DNA of 64,000 nt from positions 88,536,001 through 88,600,000 of the forward strand of contig NC_082707.1 in NCBI RefSeq assembly GCF_030144855.1. Reading direction: 5' to 3'. Positions 1-13,500 of this stretch are shown here, piece after piece. Source of the stretch: Hypanus sabinus (Eukaryota). Position numbers and translations under genes: made by a program. The notes beneath the pieces are model-generated. The model was not told where the DNA came from. It did no database searches and saw only the letters and a program-made list of their open reading frames with translations. Each line of letters begins with the position of its first letter. Positions within the stretch are counted from its first letter, which is position 1.

Positions 1-10
1 GGGGAGAGAG

Positions 11-704
11 TGTAAAGGGTTTCTTCTTTTACGTTACTGCTAAGGCTAATAAAATTGCTTCTTTCTTATGCTAACTGGTGAGAGAGTGTTTTCTCTCGCA
101 ACTTGTTTGGGTTATAATTACTGATAACAAGAATTGTATTCATTTGTTGACCAATTGGGATAGATATCATTCTTTCTTGTGGGTCTGTAAGCTAATGTTG
201 CACGGGCTTTTGGGGACACGGTACGAGGGGGTTAGAGGGAGAAGAGAAGATGTTGTAAGCTGGGCAATGGAACGGACCCTGAGCAGGAGTCCGAGGCCCA
301 GAGTTTTTGGCGAGAAGAGGAGACGAGGACAGGTTTGTGTGGAGTGTCTGGTCAACCACCATGGTTGGTCCCAGACGGAGGGTTGAGGAAGTTGGAGAGG
401 ATCGAATGGTGGCAAGAAGACTTTGTTAACTGAGCTCCAATGGTTGTGCATGAAGTGGTTGGATTTTGATAAGTTTGGCACCTTTTACTTTTCCTTTTAT
501 ATTGTATCTCTATTAAGTACATAGTTCCAGTAAGATCTATAAAGTGTAATCATTTAATCGCATATGGTGTACTGTCTGTTATTTGGCATGGTAGGGACAT
601 CACACAGCGTCTGCACAAGCTGATTACCCAGTTTGGCGGGGCAAAAGGCTGCTCCCCCTAGACAGAAATGAGCTGAGCGAGCCTGAGGCTTACCAGGGGC
701 TACA
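11..704 (+). mobile_element. 3' LTR of an LTR retroelement
   Basis: Purine tract ggggagagag (1-10, PPT-like) followed by TGTA...TACA termini; abuts a Penelope-like remnant. Confidence 0.6.
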
Positions 705-1095
705 CTTGTATTCCACCTAGGTAGCCACCAACCTGACAGCATGAATATCAATTTCTCTTACTGGTAAAACAATCCCTCCCCCTCTCCTCTTCTATTCTGC
801 GCTCTGTTCTTGTTCTTCCTCTCATCTGCCTATCACCTCCTATGGTCCACCCTCATATCTAATTCCTTCATCTCAAGCCCTTTATCTTTCCTCAACACTT
901 GGCTTCACCTATCATTTTTGAACTAGTGTCATTTCCCTTCCTCCACCTTTTTATTCTGGCACCTTCCCCTTTCCTTTCCTTTCCTTTCCTTTCCTGAAGA
1001 AAGGTCTCAGCCCGAAGCATCAACTATTTAATCATTTCCATAGATGATTCCTGAGCTGATGAGTCCTTCAGCATTTTGCATGAGCTGCTTTGTTT
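705..1095 (+). mobile_element. Penelope-like element 3' remnant
   Basis: Encodes FHLGSHQPDSMNINF (GIY-YIG C-terminal LxTLxPxGxN-type motif), followed by a pyrimidine-rich pseudo-LTR and a degenerate hammerhead core ctgaaga..cccgaag at 994-1017. Confidence 0.65.
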
Positions 1096-4000
1096 ATGAT
1101 TTTCATTTTCCTCCATTTGCTGGTTTCATTGACCTAATCTAAAGGCAGCGCTCCTTGGGCGTGTCACCGAGAGATTATAATAATGCTATGCCAAGAGGAT
1201 TAATGCTTCACGTATAAATTAGATAATCTCCTGGAACATCCTTTCAGACAGACTTTATGGCGTGAGTGAATCCCATTTAAGACAGGTCGGTGCCAATGAA
1301 CTTTAACAAGTTTTCTTTGTATTTATGTTGGGAATTGTTTTTATTTTGGGACAATGTGTTTTATTTTCCTTAAACTTGATCTCTTAGGATACCATCAGCC
1401 AGTGAGCAATCTGTGGATAGATTCAAAGCTGAAAAATTATCTGAGCTGCTTTCATAATGTTTGGCAAAGAAAAACTTTATGGCAATCAGGAATACTGAAA
1501 TATCAATTTTGTGTGTTGGTGCCTATTCATAGCAAAATCATGAAATACCAAATGCCTTTTATTAAAAAATACAAGCTGAATATGTTATTATTATTTAAAA
1601 TTTGTAAAGGATCATACCCTGATCTGAGCTACAGGTTGAACTTAAAGCAATCAACGTACAGATGAGAAGGGAGGGGTATCACTGGAGAATTGGCTTGTTA
1701 TTTGTATGACATCTGTTGGTGAAAACAAGCAAATGCCAACTTTGTTCCATATTGCTCTGAAATTATGGTTACTACTGATGGAGGGAAACGGAATGCGGTT
1801 CCTGAAAAAGAATTTTCTTTCCTACTCATGAGAGGAGAGCATGTCAGCTGTTCTTACTCACACACTTGATTCAATACCAACAGTGTCAAAGAATGATAAG
1901 TCCCATTTCCTCACTGCTAGCAAACTGAGAGTGAAATTGTTGATGTGAAATATTTCATGTTTTCATAATTTTGTTGACCACTTTGATCTGATGAGGTTTA
2001 CGTTGCTGAATTCCCAAAGTTCCCTAAGTTATGACCATTCATGATCACAAGTAGACCATGGATAATATCAGTGCAATTTCAGATTAAAACCAGTTTTGAC
2101 AATTCATTGCAGTGCAGACAAAGTGTGCAAAGCAGAGAGTGGATGAGGGATACAGCCTGTTCAAACCTGCACACTTCAAACTTCCACGGAAATGATTCAA
2201 GGGCCAAAAATACTTACTTGAGACACTGATCCTTTTCAGTCCCATGTACGAGAACATCACTGGAGTCAGTGCCAAAGCAGATTCTTCTCTTAAATTGTTG
2301 TGTTCACTTTAGAGTTGCAAAGCCTGAAATGTGTCTCATCAGAAAATAAGTCAGCTGCAATTCCTCTGTGGAGGTGTAACAGATTTAATGATTATGACAG
2401 GTGAATTTTGTTAGAAGAACAAACAATGTGGGAACGTCGAAAATGTTTGAAATTGTGTAGAAACATGAGGAATGTAGGAATGTGATCAAGTAGAGACTGA
2501 GAGGGAACAACGCAGATGGTGCCTGAAGCAATGGCTTGTTAAGTGCAACTGAGTCACCTGGAGGAGTGCAAATATAATAAGCTGATTGTGGATTTGTTTG
2601 GCTGAAAGCCATGTTTCCATGTACAACCCTGTAATGGCCAGAACTGATATCAGCGGAAAAAATAGTTAATCCGAAATTACTGTTGAGTCCCAAGGCTCAA
2701 ATGTAACCCTATCTTTTCTAAACCTCTCTCTGCAATGCCTTTGACACTTTCTCTTAAAGTTGCCTTTGTCCACAATTCTATTCTCCCTCTTACGTCAGTC
2801 TTCATTTTAGAGTTCCAAATTCATAACTGTTTACAAATCCTAATAACCTTCTGAGAGTTGGATACCTTGTTTTAACACTGACTCCCATTGCCCAACCCTT
2901 ATCACTGCTCTCAGTCTCCCTGTTTGCTCTGACTTTACTACTCACGGATCATTCACCTTCTCTAATGTTTAACATTTACCAGAGTTCTCAGCTTCATTTT
3001 CCAAAGCTCCTCATATCAATAAACTCCAAGACTTACATGGTGTTGAGTTCAACTCCCACTGCACCCAACTCCACACCTATTTCTGTGCCACCAGAGTTTA
3101 CTGTATTCTGTACATCATTTTTCCTTCCTTCATTCCATACTTCTGGCCTCTTATTCTTTATAGTTCTAATTTAATACTGACCACCAATATGAAATAGTTA
3201 CTCCTTCTGACTAAACCCTCTCTGAATTCAATGTTAACCATCGAGTGGACTAACATTTCTATTCAGAGGATGACAGTTGAGCTGATGGTGAGCTTTGATG
3301 GATGAAAGTAAGATGCAAAAGACCAACCAACCTGACATCATCATTAAACCTATTGTAATATCTGGTCCTTTTGTTGCTTGGTGAGATTACTTTGACCTCG
3401 CAGAAGATGCATGGTGGCCTTGAGACATCCCCACACACCTCCTCTGCGCCATTACCACACCAGTAAGCATTTGTCTGTTGTTGCTGATCTCATTTCTTGA
3501 GATCTTTCCTCCACAGCGTCCTGACTCCCCAATTGTGCACAGCTCAATACATTGTATATTGCACTGAAGCCCAAAACGTAGCTCAAAAAACAGAAGCATC
3601 ATACAATCTTATGATTAGTCATATTATAGGCTGCAAGGTGCAACATTGAATTAAAATTACAAATAAACACTTTTCCAGTTGTGGCAGAACTGGGCATTTC
3701 TGATGAAAGGTCATCTGTCCATAACATTAACTCAGGTTCCTCTCTCTCTACACTGCTGCCACACACACATCGTATGTCCAGCATTCTCATTCCTGTCAGA
3801 TTTCCAGTAACTGTGGTGTTCTGTGTCTCCTCGTTCCTACACTGACTTTCCCCCTCCCCATCCTCTCTCCTCTCCTTCTATTCACATGTCCTCACAGAGA
3901 TCCATTGTGATTCACCAGCCACCAACACCCTGTCAGCTCACACCACCACAGTTCATATAGATCTGTCTCTGTTGGTCTGCACCCTATCACTCTCACTCAC

Positions 4001-4706
4001 TTTGTCCTCTCCACCCCTCACTCAGCTCTGCAACTTGAAACATCTCTGATTTTAATCTTCTCTGAGTTCAATGAAGTGTCTCTGAATTGGATCATTAATT
4101 TCTGGTTTCCACTCTATTGTACTGCCTGACCCATGTTCCCCTGGTTCTTAAGATTTATTTCAGATTTTCATCATCTGCACTCTTTTGCCTTTCGAGCACC
4201 AAATGCACTCTGCACAGTTAACAAGCCATTTCTTGCCAGTGTGGGTTGGGAGTGTTACTCGAGTTCTCACCAGCATAATCTCATGTTTTGCCTTGGTAAT
4301 CCTATGGGATGATGGATAGAGACCCAAAGTCAGCCATTTGTGCCATCATGACAGCAAATCTTCAGCAGAATTGTCCCTTATGCCATGGCTTATCTGGAAT
4401 TTTGTGTGATATTTTCAATGTCATGCTAGCTGTGAGAGGTTGCCTTTAAGACACTTTCCTGTCACCTTGGAAATGTTGAAATGAGATGGTATTTCCTCTG
4501 CACATAAACTGCCAGCACAATCAACAGATTAGAGATCAAGAGGGGATGGCAATTAGTGCCTGTTGAAGACTCTGTCAGTGATGCATCCGGTATCTGGGAG
4601 CAGTTCAAGAAAAAATCCATGATGTCATTGCACTTGTCACAGTTAATGCACTGACAGAATCAGAGATCACATTTGCAGTCTTGGAATGGACACGGCTACA
4701 TGGACA

Positions 4707-4707
4707 C

Positions 4708-4755
<48 letters not shown>

Positions 4756-4808
4756 GAAAGAGAAAGAGGGAGAAAGAGAAAAAGGGGAGAGAGAGAAATA
4801 GAGAGTGA
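4707..4808. repeat. (CA)n microsatellite followed by a GA-rich tract
   Basis: About 22 CA units, then purine-rich simple sequence. Confidence 0.95.
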
Positions 4809-4855
4809 GCGACTGAAAAGAGTCCCTTGTGATTGTGATTTGGTTGTGTCGTGAT

Positions 4856-5002
4856 CCAATGGATGTATAATATCTGAGAGCTGACTCTTGGCCTCTGCAA
4901 ATTAGCCAACAGTTCACGGAAATGGAACTGTGGTACCTTGTCAGCAAAAGGATGAGGTCATTGGTGTTCTTTGTGAGATGAAGTCTGCAGTTTCTGGAAG
5001 GA
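4856..5002 (+). promoter_or_regulatory. candidate core promoter and non-coding first exon of the A4GNT-like gene
   Basis: CCAAT at 4856, TATAATAT at 4866 and donor-like GGA|GTAGGT at 5002/5003. The acceptor at 5467, upstream of the ATG, requires a 5'UTR exon somewhere. Motif matches only. Confidence 0.3.
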
Positions 5003-5499
5003 GTAGGTCAGACTGAGAGAGGAAGGGTCAATATCTTGGTCCCATTTATTTTCTTGTGGAAAGTTGTTTCTATTCTCCAAACCACGCACCCCACCTTTAC
5101 ACTTTTTAAAACTTAAATCTGATTTTTTTCTCTCATTGTGTTTCTGACAAAGGGTTTTCAACCTGGACCTTCTGCTCTGTTTCCACAGTTGCTGTGTGAC
5201 CTGCCAAGTGTTTCTGGCATTGACTATTTTTATGTTGCAAATCATGTTTCTGATAACTTTCATAATAATTTTGTTATTGGGTCCATAACTTCAGAACAGT
5301 AAATACTGAACATACATTATTTTCCAGTTTCTTTTTAGTGTGTTTTGTTAAGGAATAATTGCTGGCATTCATAATGGGATTCATTTGTGTTCCCTTTTTA
5401 TACATCTAAATATATTTGAGTTCATGTGGTCAGCGTTGAAAACAAAACATGCATCTTTGTTTTGCAGGAACATTTGACAAAACATCTCAGCTTCACGCC

Positions 5500-5937
5500 A
5501 TGATATCCAGGCAGAAAGGATATTTCTTTGTCTTACTACTTGCAGCTGCAGGTGTGTTGTACAAATGCTGGGAGATGGAAGGCTGTTATTCTATTAAAAG
5601 TTACATTTTTAGAATATTCCAGGTAAAAAACAATTCTGGGGCAAATGTTTCTGATCCTCCACTCCCAAACATAAAACCCGGGATTATGTTTGTGGAGTCG
5701 ACTGACAACGTAGAGCCGACACCATTAGTGGTGTGTTCAGTGGAGTCTGCTGCTCTCCGAAACCCAGACAAACCAATCTATTACTTCATGAAGGGATTCA
5801 GTGGCAACTTGAGCCAGTATCCACAGCCTGAGTACAAAGGCATCCCATTGCTCTCATCAGTGAGGAATGTCACCATTCTACCCTTGAATCTTGCTGAACT
5901 GTTCGAAGGGACTCCATTGAAAAGCTGGTATCAAAAG
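5500..5937 (+). CDS. A4GNT: alpha-1,4-N-acetylglucosaminyltransferase-like (GT32), coding exon 1 (146 codons)
   Basis: Acceptor tttgttttgcag ends at 5467; ATG at 5500 in gccATG context. Type II membrane N-terminus (RQKGYFFVLLLAAAGVLYK), then GIMFVESTD..CSVESAALRNPDKPIYYFMKG..PLKSWYQK. Phase-0 donor AAG|GTAATC at 5937/5938, the same intron position as mammalian A4GNT. Confidence 0.92.
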
Positions 5938-6911
5938 GTAATCAACAGAAATATCTGATTTTGTTTGGTAAACTCAGTGTTTGACTCAAATTAACTTTTT
6001 TTTAAATGAATATAGTGTATCGGTAGGACTGATGGGAAATAAATATCTAGGGCAGAAGTACTGAATGCAGTGAAAGGTAAAGCCACATCGACAAACATTG
6101 CTTCGCCTATTCTTTACTCTTAAACCAGTGTTGTTTCTGAGAGCATTTTACTGCAGGCCAGATGTTGGAGGCAAGGCAGACACGCTAATGGACACCAAAG
6201 GGAAAGGAACATGGCGTAGTTTGAGACAAGGCAGTGCTGTACAGAGAAAGGGGGGGGGGGGGAAATAAATGACTAAAAATTCAAACTGGATACTTTGGGT
6301 CTCAACTACAGACTGAGCAGAGATATCTGTACAACAGTCACCTGCCTAACCTGGAAGATAGATAAATAAATAAATAACCTCTGCAAATAATGATTTCCCT
6401 TCTCACATGACCAAGAAGCAGAAATCTCTCCTCTATGTACATGCAAAGGTGCTGTGAGATGAAAAATGATTACTGGTGGGAATAGGCGTGAGAGGATAGT
6501 AACAGAGTAGATAAGAAAGAGAGGTGATATGTGGAAGCCAATAAGTGATAGATGGTGAATAGATGTGACCTGTGGGGCAGATGTGGGTAAAGGACTCAGT
6601 GTGTAGGTGATGGGCAGATGAAGGAGGAGAGGGAGAGGAAATTAACTGAGTGATATTGAGATGGAGAATGGGATATGATTAGGAAAGAAGTTGGTGTGTG
6701 TGTGAGAGGACCTGAGTAGGTCATGAGTAGAGAGAGAGTGATGGGGCCAAGCAAGTTAGTTGATCTTGTTTAACTTACATCTTTCAGTTTCCTTTCTTAC
6801 TCAGCTTTTAACCAGGATTTTAAAATCAAGGCAAGCAGTACAATTACAAACTGAATAATTAATAACAAAAATAACATTGGCCTTCAGGGATCAACCCTCG
6901 AAGATAATCCA

Positions 6912-7248
6912 TCAGTGGTAGGAAGTAATGTCCATCTGCCTTAGGCAATTGGTATAATTCTCCCAAACGTCAACTATTTCCACCTCCTTCCTTAACAGGT
7001 CATTAACAATTACACATAATTCTTCAATTATCTTGGGTGATCCTTTCTGAAAATCTTCTAAGTCATTCCACTTTATCTCACAAAAAGATTTTGCCGACAG
7101 CAACACATCCTTTCCTCAATGAGCTTAATGCATTTGCAGAACATTTTGCTGAGGTTGGGTGTGTTAAAAGCTTCAAGTTTCTACAAGTGAACATCTCCAA
7201 TAGCCTGTCCTGCCCAACCGCACTATGGCCAAGAGAGCTCAGCTATGT
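6912..7248 (-). pseudogene. exon B of the same antisense fossil gene (two +1 frameshifts)
   Basis: Acceptor ttcatttag, phase 1. After two 1-nt corrections it reads (D)IAELLGHSAVGQDRLLEMF...VGKIFCEIKWNDLEDFQKGSPKIIEELCVIVNDLL...TSYH*. Confidence 0.45.
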
Positions 7249-7257
7249 CTAAATGAA

Positions 7258-7997
7258 GAGGCTGTTAAATTTTTCACACCCCTGTCAACCGTTATGAATT
7301 TCTACTGATGCACCACAGAAAACATTCTGTCTAGATGCATAATGGCTTCATATGGAAACAGCTTTACATGTGACTGCAAGGAACTGCAGGGAGTTGTGGA
7401 CACAGCTCAGCACATTATGAAAACCAACCTCCCTTCCATGGACATTGCCTATACTTCTCACTGTCTCAGTAAAGTAGCTAGTATAATCAAAGCAACCAAC
7501 TCAATATTCACCATTCTACCCTCTCTCCTCATGAAGAAGGCATAAACCATGAAAGCTTGAACCACTAGGCTCAGTGCTAACTTCTATCTACTGCAATAAG
7601 ACAATTAGAAGTTTCTTGCATATGATAAGCCAGAGTCTTGACCTCACAAACTGCCTTGTTATGATCTTGCTCATTGTAATTTCCCAGTACAGCACTTTCT
7701 CTGTAGCTTTTACACCTTATTCTGTGTTGATATTCTTTTACCTTGATATACCTCAATTTCCCAAGCTATGGGTAAATAGCCCTACTGCCTTGTGGGCAGC
7801 CTCGGGAGCATCAAAGACTACAGGTGTAAAACAGCCAAGCTGGTGCCAAACGTATTGCTTCATAAGCTTTCCTTTGGACTAAATTGGTGAGGCTGAGGGG
7901 GAGATTTTGACGACTGGGCATCTCAGAATCTCCATACCTTCTGCCCAGGCTTTTGATGATGATCATCATCACCCGTTGTTTGAGACAGATGGATGCC
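7258..7997 (+). mobile_element. Rex1/Babar LINE 3' fragment plus a second unclassified repeat
   Basis: Degenerate NFYxCTxENIL and KELQGVVDTAQHI RT C-terminus. The whole block is flanked by aatgaa (7252-7257, 7998-8003). Confidence 0.6.
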
Positions 7998-9680
7998 AAT
8001 GAACACAGATCAATATAATGTTTTCACCTTTATGCACAGTATGCAAGGCAGCCTTTTCTCCCTTTGTGGTAGATGTCACAAATAAAAACAAATTCCAGTA
8101 CCATTACCAATTAAACATAATGATGCAGGAAAGAAGTTTCATTGAATGTGGGACTTTAGGCTCCTGAAAATTTTCTATAGCTGATTAGTGAATGGTGTTC
8201 AGCCAGTATTATATGGTATCACCTGCTGTCGACTCTCGACACTCTTGTGGTTCCCATTTTACTTTCCTCTTAAGGTAGGCCTTACTTTCCTCTAGTGGTC
8301 TTAATGCAGGTGGGAACCTCAGATTGGAGCAGGGAGAGGGTCTAAATGAAAATCAGGTTTATTATCACTGACATATGTTGTGAAATTTGTTTTGTGGCAG
8401 CAGTACAGTGCAAGATATCTGATGGCAGAGGGAATCAAGATATTCCGAATGCACTGATTTTGAGTCCTTAGGCTCTTGTACCTCGTTTATCCCTGATGGT
8501 AATAATGAGGAAAAGTAGCATGTCCCAGATGGTGAGGGTCCTTAGTGGACTTACAACTGGCTGTGTGATAGCAAGCAAAGGGCAGAAGTGGAGGATTGTC
8601 TCTCTGAGTAGTTGTGTATGAAAAGGATCGCTTCTGGGACTTCTGCTGAATAACATCAATGACTTTGATGTGACTATCGGATCAACAGTATGAGTCGTAA
8701 GTTTGGAGTGTTCAGTGATGTCAGTGATACTGAGGGGGATTGTCTGAGCTACAGCAAGTTGTAGATCAGTTCGAAAGCTGGCAGAGTGACTGCAGTTGGA
8801 ATTCAGTCCTAAAACATTCAAGTGATGCACTTAAAGATAAACATTAGATTTGCTTGTCACATTGAAACATACAGTGAAATCATTGTGTCAATTCAAATTG
8901 ACAAGATTTGTGTAGGGGGACACCTACAAAGCTTGCTACGTTTCTGGGACCAAAATACCATGCTCACAACTCACTGACCCTTGCCGTCAATTGTCATGGG
9001 GAGAGCATACAAATTTCTTACAGACAGCGATGGGATTTAAACTCCAACTGATGATTGCAGGAAGCTCACGCTTGAGTGACTAAAGACAACAGCTGTATTG
9101 CTTCATGGCTTTCACTTCAGCCTTGTGCCTCAGGTGACTTTGTTTGTACTTTCCAACTCAGACTGGTTCAAGTCTGTCCTATTACATTAATCAAACACAG
9201 GGTCCAGACAACTCGATCACAGTGTCCTTCTGCAATTCTGCCATTTTACATAATAAATTACTTCATATCTGAGAATGGACCCAGGTTTTGCAGGTTATTA
9301 ACATAAACTCATTGTGTCATGGTGATTTGCTCTGTTTAAGCCCTCCCTGAAAAAGAACCAGTTTACCACATTTCACAAAATTGTGGCTGCAAGAACAGTC
9401 TCACAAAATGGCTGCCTCCCTTTGTGCAACCAGATGGCAAGAACAAAGACATCTTCTCTGTTTCCAGAATCATTGCCTTATTTCTGTCCACTGATTTACA
9501 GATCTTTCTGGCCAACTGTACCCACAGGGTCTTATACAAAGTTATGACAGAAATAATATTTCATTTATAACAAACAACTGTCTTTAGCATCAGGAAGAGA
9601 AAAGGAGATGGAAAACTATGTTTTGCAAGAAAGGAAATTAAGATAATGAATGAAACTTTTCCTTGTCATTTATTCTACAG

Positions 9681-10283
9681 GTAAATCCAGAAAAGGAGAA
9701 ATATTGGACTCATGTACTAGCTGATGGCTGCAGGTTAGCATTGATCTGGAAATATGGAGGAATCTACCTGGATACTGACATTATATCACTGAGGTCTTTG
9801 CCGTTCGCTAACTTTACATGTCCAGAGAACACAGGAACAGTCAGTAATGGGGCACTCGGTTTCCATTATAAGCACCATACCTTTTTGTGGAATTGCATGG
9901 AAGACTTTGTGGATCATTACAATGGGGATATTTGGGGTCAGCAGGGACCTCAACTGATCACCCGTGTGCTGAAGAGATGGTGCAATATTAATGAACTAGG
10001 CACCTTCATTGGCAAGGAATGCAATGGCATCTTTATATGGATCACAAATCGTTTCTATCCAGTCCCATATCCAGCATGGGAGAGGTACTTTGCTCCCTGG
10101 AAAAAGGAGCATGTAGAACAGGCCTTTTCAGATACATATGGAGCACATGTCTGGAACTTTATGAATAAACACAAGAAAAGAAAAGTTGTTGCTGGAAGTG
10201 GATCATTAATGGAACATTTTTTCCAGTTGCATTGTCCAAATACATACAAAAATTTGATTCAATCCAGCAATAGTAGATCCTGA
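9681..10283 (+). CDS. A4GNT: A4GNT-like coding exon 2 (200 codons + TGA)
   Basis: Acceptor tcatttattctacag ends at 9680, phase 0. DGCRLALIWKYGGIYLDTD (DXD motif), WNCMEDFVDHYNGDIWGQQGPQLITRVL, RFYPVPY, HVWN and HCPNTY match A4GNT/A4GALT motifs. The intron and the C-terminus favour A4GNT. Confidence 0.93.
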   Translation, partial: VNPEKEKYWTHVLADGCRLALIWKYGGIYLDTDIISLRSLPFANFTCPENTGTVSNGALGFHYKHHTFLWNCMEDFVDHYNGDIWGQQGPQLITRVLKRWCNINELGTFIGKECNGIFIWITNRFYPVPYPAWERYFAPWKKEHVEQAFSDTYGAHVWNFMNKHKKRKVVAGSGSLMEHFFQLHCPNTYKNLIQSSNSRS

Positions 10284-11129
10284 TTCAGGACCTGATATTG
10301 TACAATGAGTGACATAATTTACTTGACAGATCTTCCAAATAGCAATTTGCATGCAGTGTATGAAAATAATGGGAAATTCAAAGTTCTCTGCACCACCTGG
10401 TCAGGGGTACTGAGTGCAGTGAAAGAATCAGCCACATTGATAAGGATTACTTATATTTTATTGACCTATTTGAAAATCAGTGTGGATTTTTGTTGGTCAA
10501 CTGTTTTTTTACTGTAGGTTGTAACTTTTGATTAATGTAACTTTTAACTTTAATTTTTATCATTTTTCTAGAATTTAATTGCCATACAAGCATTGATCAT
10601 CTCCTCTAGCCTCTGGTGGATCATCCAGTGCTCTTTGTCTTCCTTGTTCATCTTCACATTTCCTCAAGGCTGAGTTGAATCAGGGTATCTTTTCCAATCC
10701 TGTTTTCATCATGGTAAATCTCCCATCCACCCTCCCTAAAGCTTTCATATCCTTTGGATAACACGGCAAACAGAAATGAACACAATACTCCAAGTGTTGG
10801 CTATACAGACTTTTATAGACCTGCAACATTACCTCCCAGCTTTTGAAATCAATCCCTGAATAATGAAGGCCAACACACCAGACGCCTTCTCAACAACACG
10901 ATCAACATGTGCTGTAACTTTGAGGGATCTATGGACATGGGCCCCGAGTTCCTTTTGTTCATCATTACTGTTAGGAATCATGTCATTAATCCTGTATTCT
11001 GCCTTTTCAAGTTTGACTTTCCAAAATGAATCACTTCACACAGCTGTCAGTAATGACTGGTGGTATGTAAGAGTTGGCTTTGGAACTGCTACTTTTCTAT
11101 TAATGTGTTGATCAACTGGATTATGTAAA

Positions 11130-13500
11130 TGAAGGGTTTGTTGCCAAGTTTGTGACACAGGTTCTGTTGAAGAAGCAGAAGCCTTGGATAGATTGAGGAG
11201 AATGGTCAAAGAAGTGACAGATGGAATACGGTGAAGGGAAGTGCAGACTTGTTAGGCTTGTAGCGTCATCTGGAAATTCACTAACCCACACTTTCACATC
11301 CTTACCCAAGTCATTCATAAAAATCACCAAGATCCCCATGGAACACACTGGGCAGATTGTGCTCTATCAACCACTGCCCTTCCCATTCTGTGCACAAGCC
11401 AATTTTCAATCAACACAGTCAGGTTTCTCTGGAGCCATTACTTCTGATTTTCTGAATTAGCCTGCCATGGAACACCTTGTCAGGGTCCTTTCTAAAATCT
11501 ACATACATCACATCCATGCTCTACCTTCATTAATGTTTGTCACATCCTCAAATAATTCATTCAAGCTTGTGAGGCGCATACAAACTTTATACTCTCAAAT
11601 GTCACTTTCAAAGGCCTCCCACTTAACAAGTACACATTTGCCAGAAAACAGCCTGTCTCAATCCTTACTTGCCAGATCCTTTCTGATATCATCAAAACTG
11701 GCTTTTCAACAATTTAGAAATCTCACCCACTAATCAGAACTATCTTTTTCCATTGTTACTTTGATCATTATGATCACTGGATGTAAAATGTTTCCCTACA
11801 CAAACTTCTGTCACCTGCCCTGTCTCATCCTTTATAGTGGATCAAGTATCGCCCACTTTCTCATTGGGATTTCTACATACTAGTTAAGGAAACTTTCTGA
11901 ACACATTTGATACACTCTATCCCATCTAATCCTTTTACTGTATGGGGAACCCAGTCAATACATGGTAAGATAGAATCTATCCTGACAGTGCACTGCCATG
12001 ATATTTTCCCTGACTATTAACACCACCTCTCTTCCTTTAATCCACCCGACCACTCCCTGACACACCCAGAGCAACAAAATTCTGGAATATTGAGCTGCCA
12101 ATCCTATCCGTCCTGAACCAAATCTCACTTCAATATCATAATTCCATGTGTTGATCCATACTCTGAGATCTTTTGCCTTTCCTACAAAATGTCTTCCATT
12201 GAAATATATGCAGCTCAGGACATTCGTTGCACCATGCTCAACCTTTTGATGTCTGAGTTTTCCTGACGTTTTAATAACATGTGTCTCCATAACCTCTCAA
12301 ATATCTCTTCTGGCACTCTGATTCCATCCATCCATGGAGCACTAGCAAACTTTCCTGCTTGGATGTTAGTCCCCTCCAGTTCTGGAGCAGTTTGTCTCTT
12401 CTTACAGGACCCACCTTCCCTGGAAGAGAGTCCAATTATCCAAAAATCTCATGCCATCCCTCTAACGCCAATTGCTTAGACATGTGTCAAGTTGTATAAT
12501 CTTCCTAGTTCTGGCTTCAGTATCACATGGCACGGGAGGCATTCCTGAGATCGCAACACTGGAGGTCCTGCCCCTTAACTTAGCACCTAACTCCTTGAAC
12601 TCACTCTGCAGAAATTCTTCACTCCTCCTACCTACTGTATGTCATTGATCCCTTCATGGAGCACGAGCTCTAGCTGGTCACCTTCCCATTTAAGAATGCT
12701 GAGGACTCAATCTGAGATGTCCTGGACCATAGCACCCAGAAAGCAACATACCACTGGGGAATTTCATTCTTTCCACAGAACATCCTTCTGTTTCTCTAGC
12801 TACTGAATCCCCATCACCACAGCTCACCTATTCTCACCACTTTCTTTGTGAGTCACAAAACCTGACAGTGTCAGAGCTGTGACTGCTGTGACTTTCCTAT
12901 GCTAGGCCATCCCCCACCCGTTGGTATATCTGTTGTTAAGGGGAATGGCTACAGGAGTATTCTGCATTGGCTGTTTAATCCCATTCCTACTTCCTGACTG
13001 TAACACAGATTCCTGTGTCCTGCACCTTCAATGTAACTACCTCTCTATATCTCGCATCTATCACCCCTTCAGCATCCTGAATGATCCGGAGTTCACCACT
13101 TCTAGCTCCAACTCCTATAAGTGGAGTGTTAGAAACTACAGTTAGATGCATTTCCTGCAGCTATGGCTGTCAGGGACACTATACATTACCCTGCTTCCCA
13201 CAACTCATAAAAGTGGCATTCAACTATCCTGACTGGGATCTCAACTGTAACAAACGAGCAAATATAAAGAAATCAAAACAATAAATAAACTTTGGGGAAA
13301 AAGAACTAGATGCAGCCTTTCACTTACTCTGACTAAAGCCTCTCCTTGATGAGCCCTCGAAGGCCTAAAACCTCAAAACCCCACTCAAACACTGTCCACT
13401 CCAGTGATGACCTCTCCATTTCCCCTGCCTTATTCTCATTTGTTCCTGCCAATTAATCCCAATCAGTGATTGCCCATTGCTCAAAACATCAACCTGTGGC
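11130..13500 (-). mobile_element. fragmented CR1 LINE (ORF1 and endonuclease remnants)
   Basis: Minus-strand LSCIYFN..LRVWINTWNYD endonuclease start; decayed ORF1 esterase. Confidence 0.75.

Noticed and set aside
1354-1665. 103-aa ORF containing an acceptor-like site
   Set aside because: No recognisable motif, donor or partner exon.
5449-5499. ATG at 5449 as the start codon
   Set aside because: It lies upstream of a strong acceptor (AG ending 5467); ATG 5500 gives a normal short cytoplasmic tail.
9676-9686. tacag|gtaaat as a recursive splice site
   Set aside because: Explained by the Val-Asn codons starting exon 2; the intron is short and no further exon follows.
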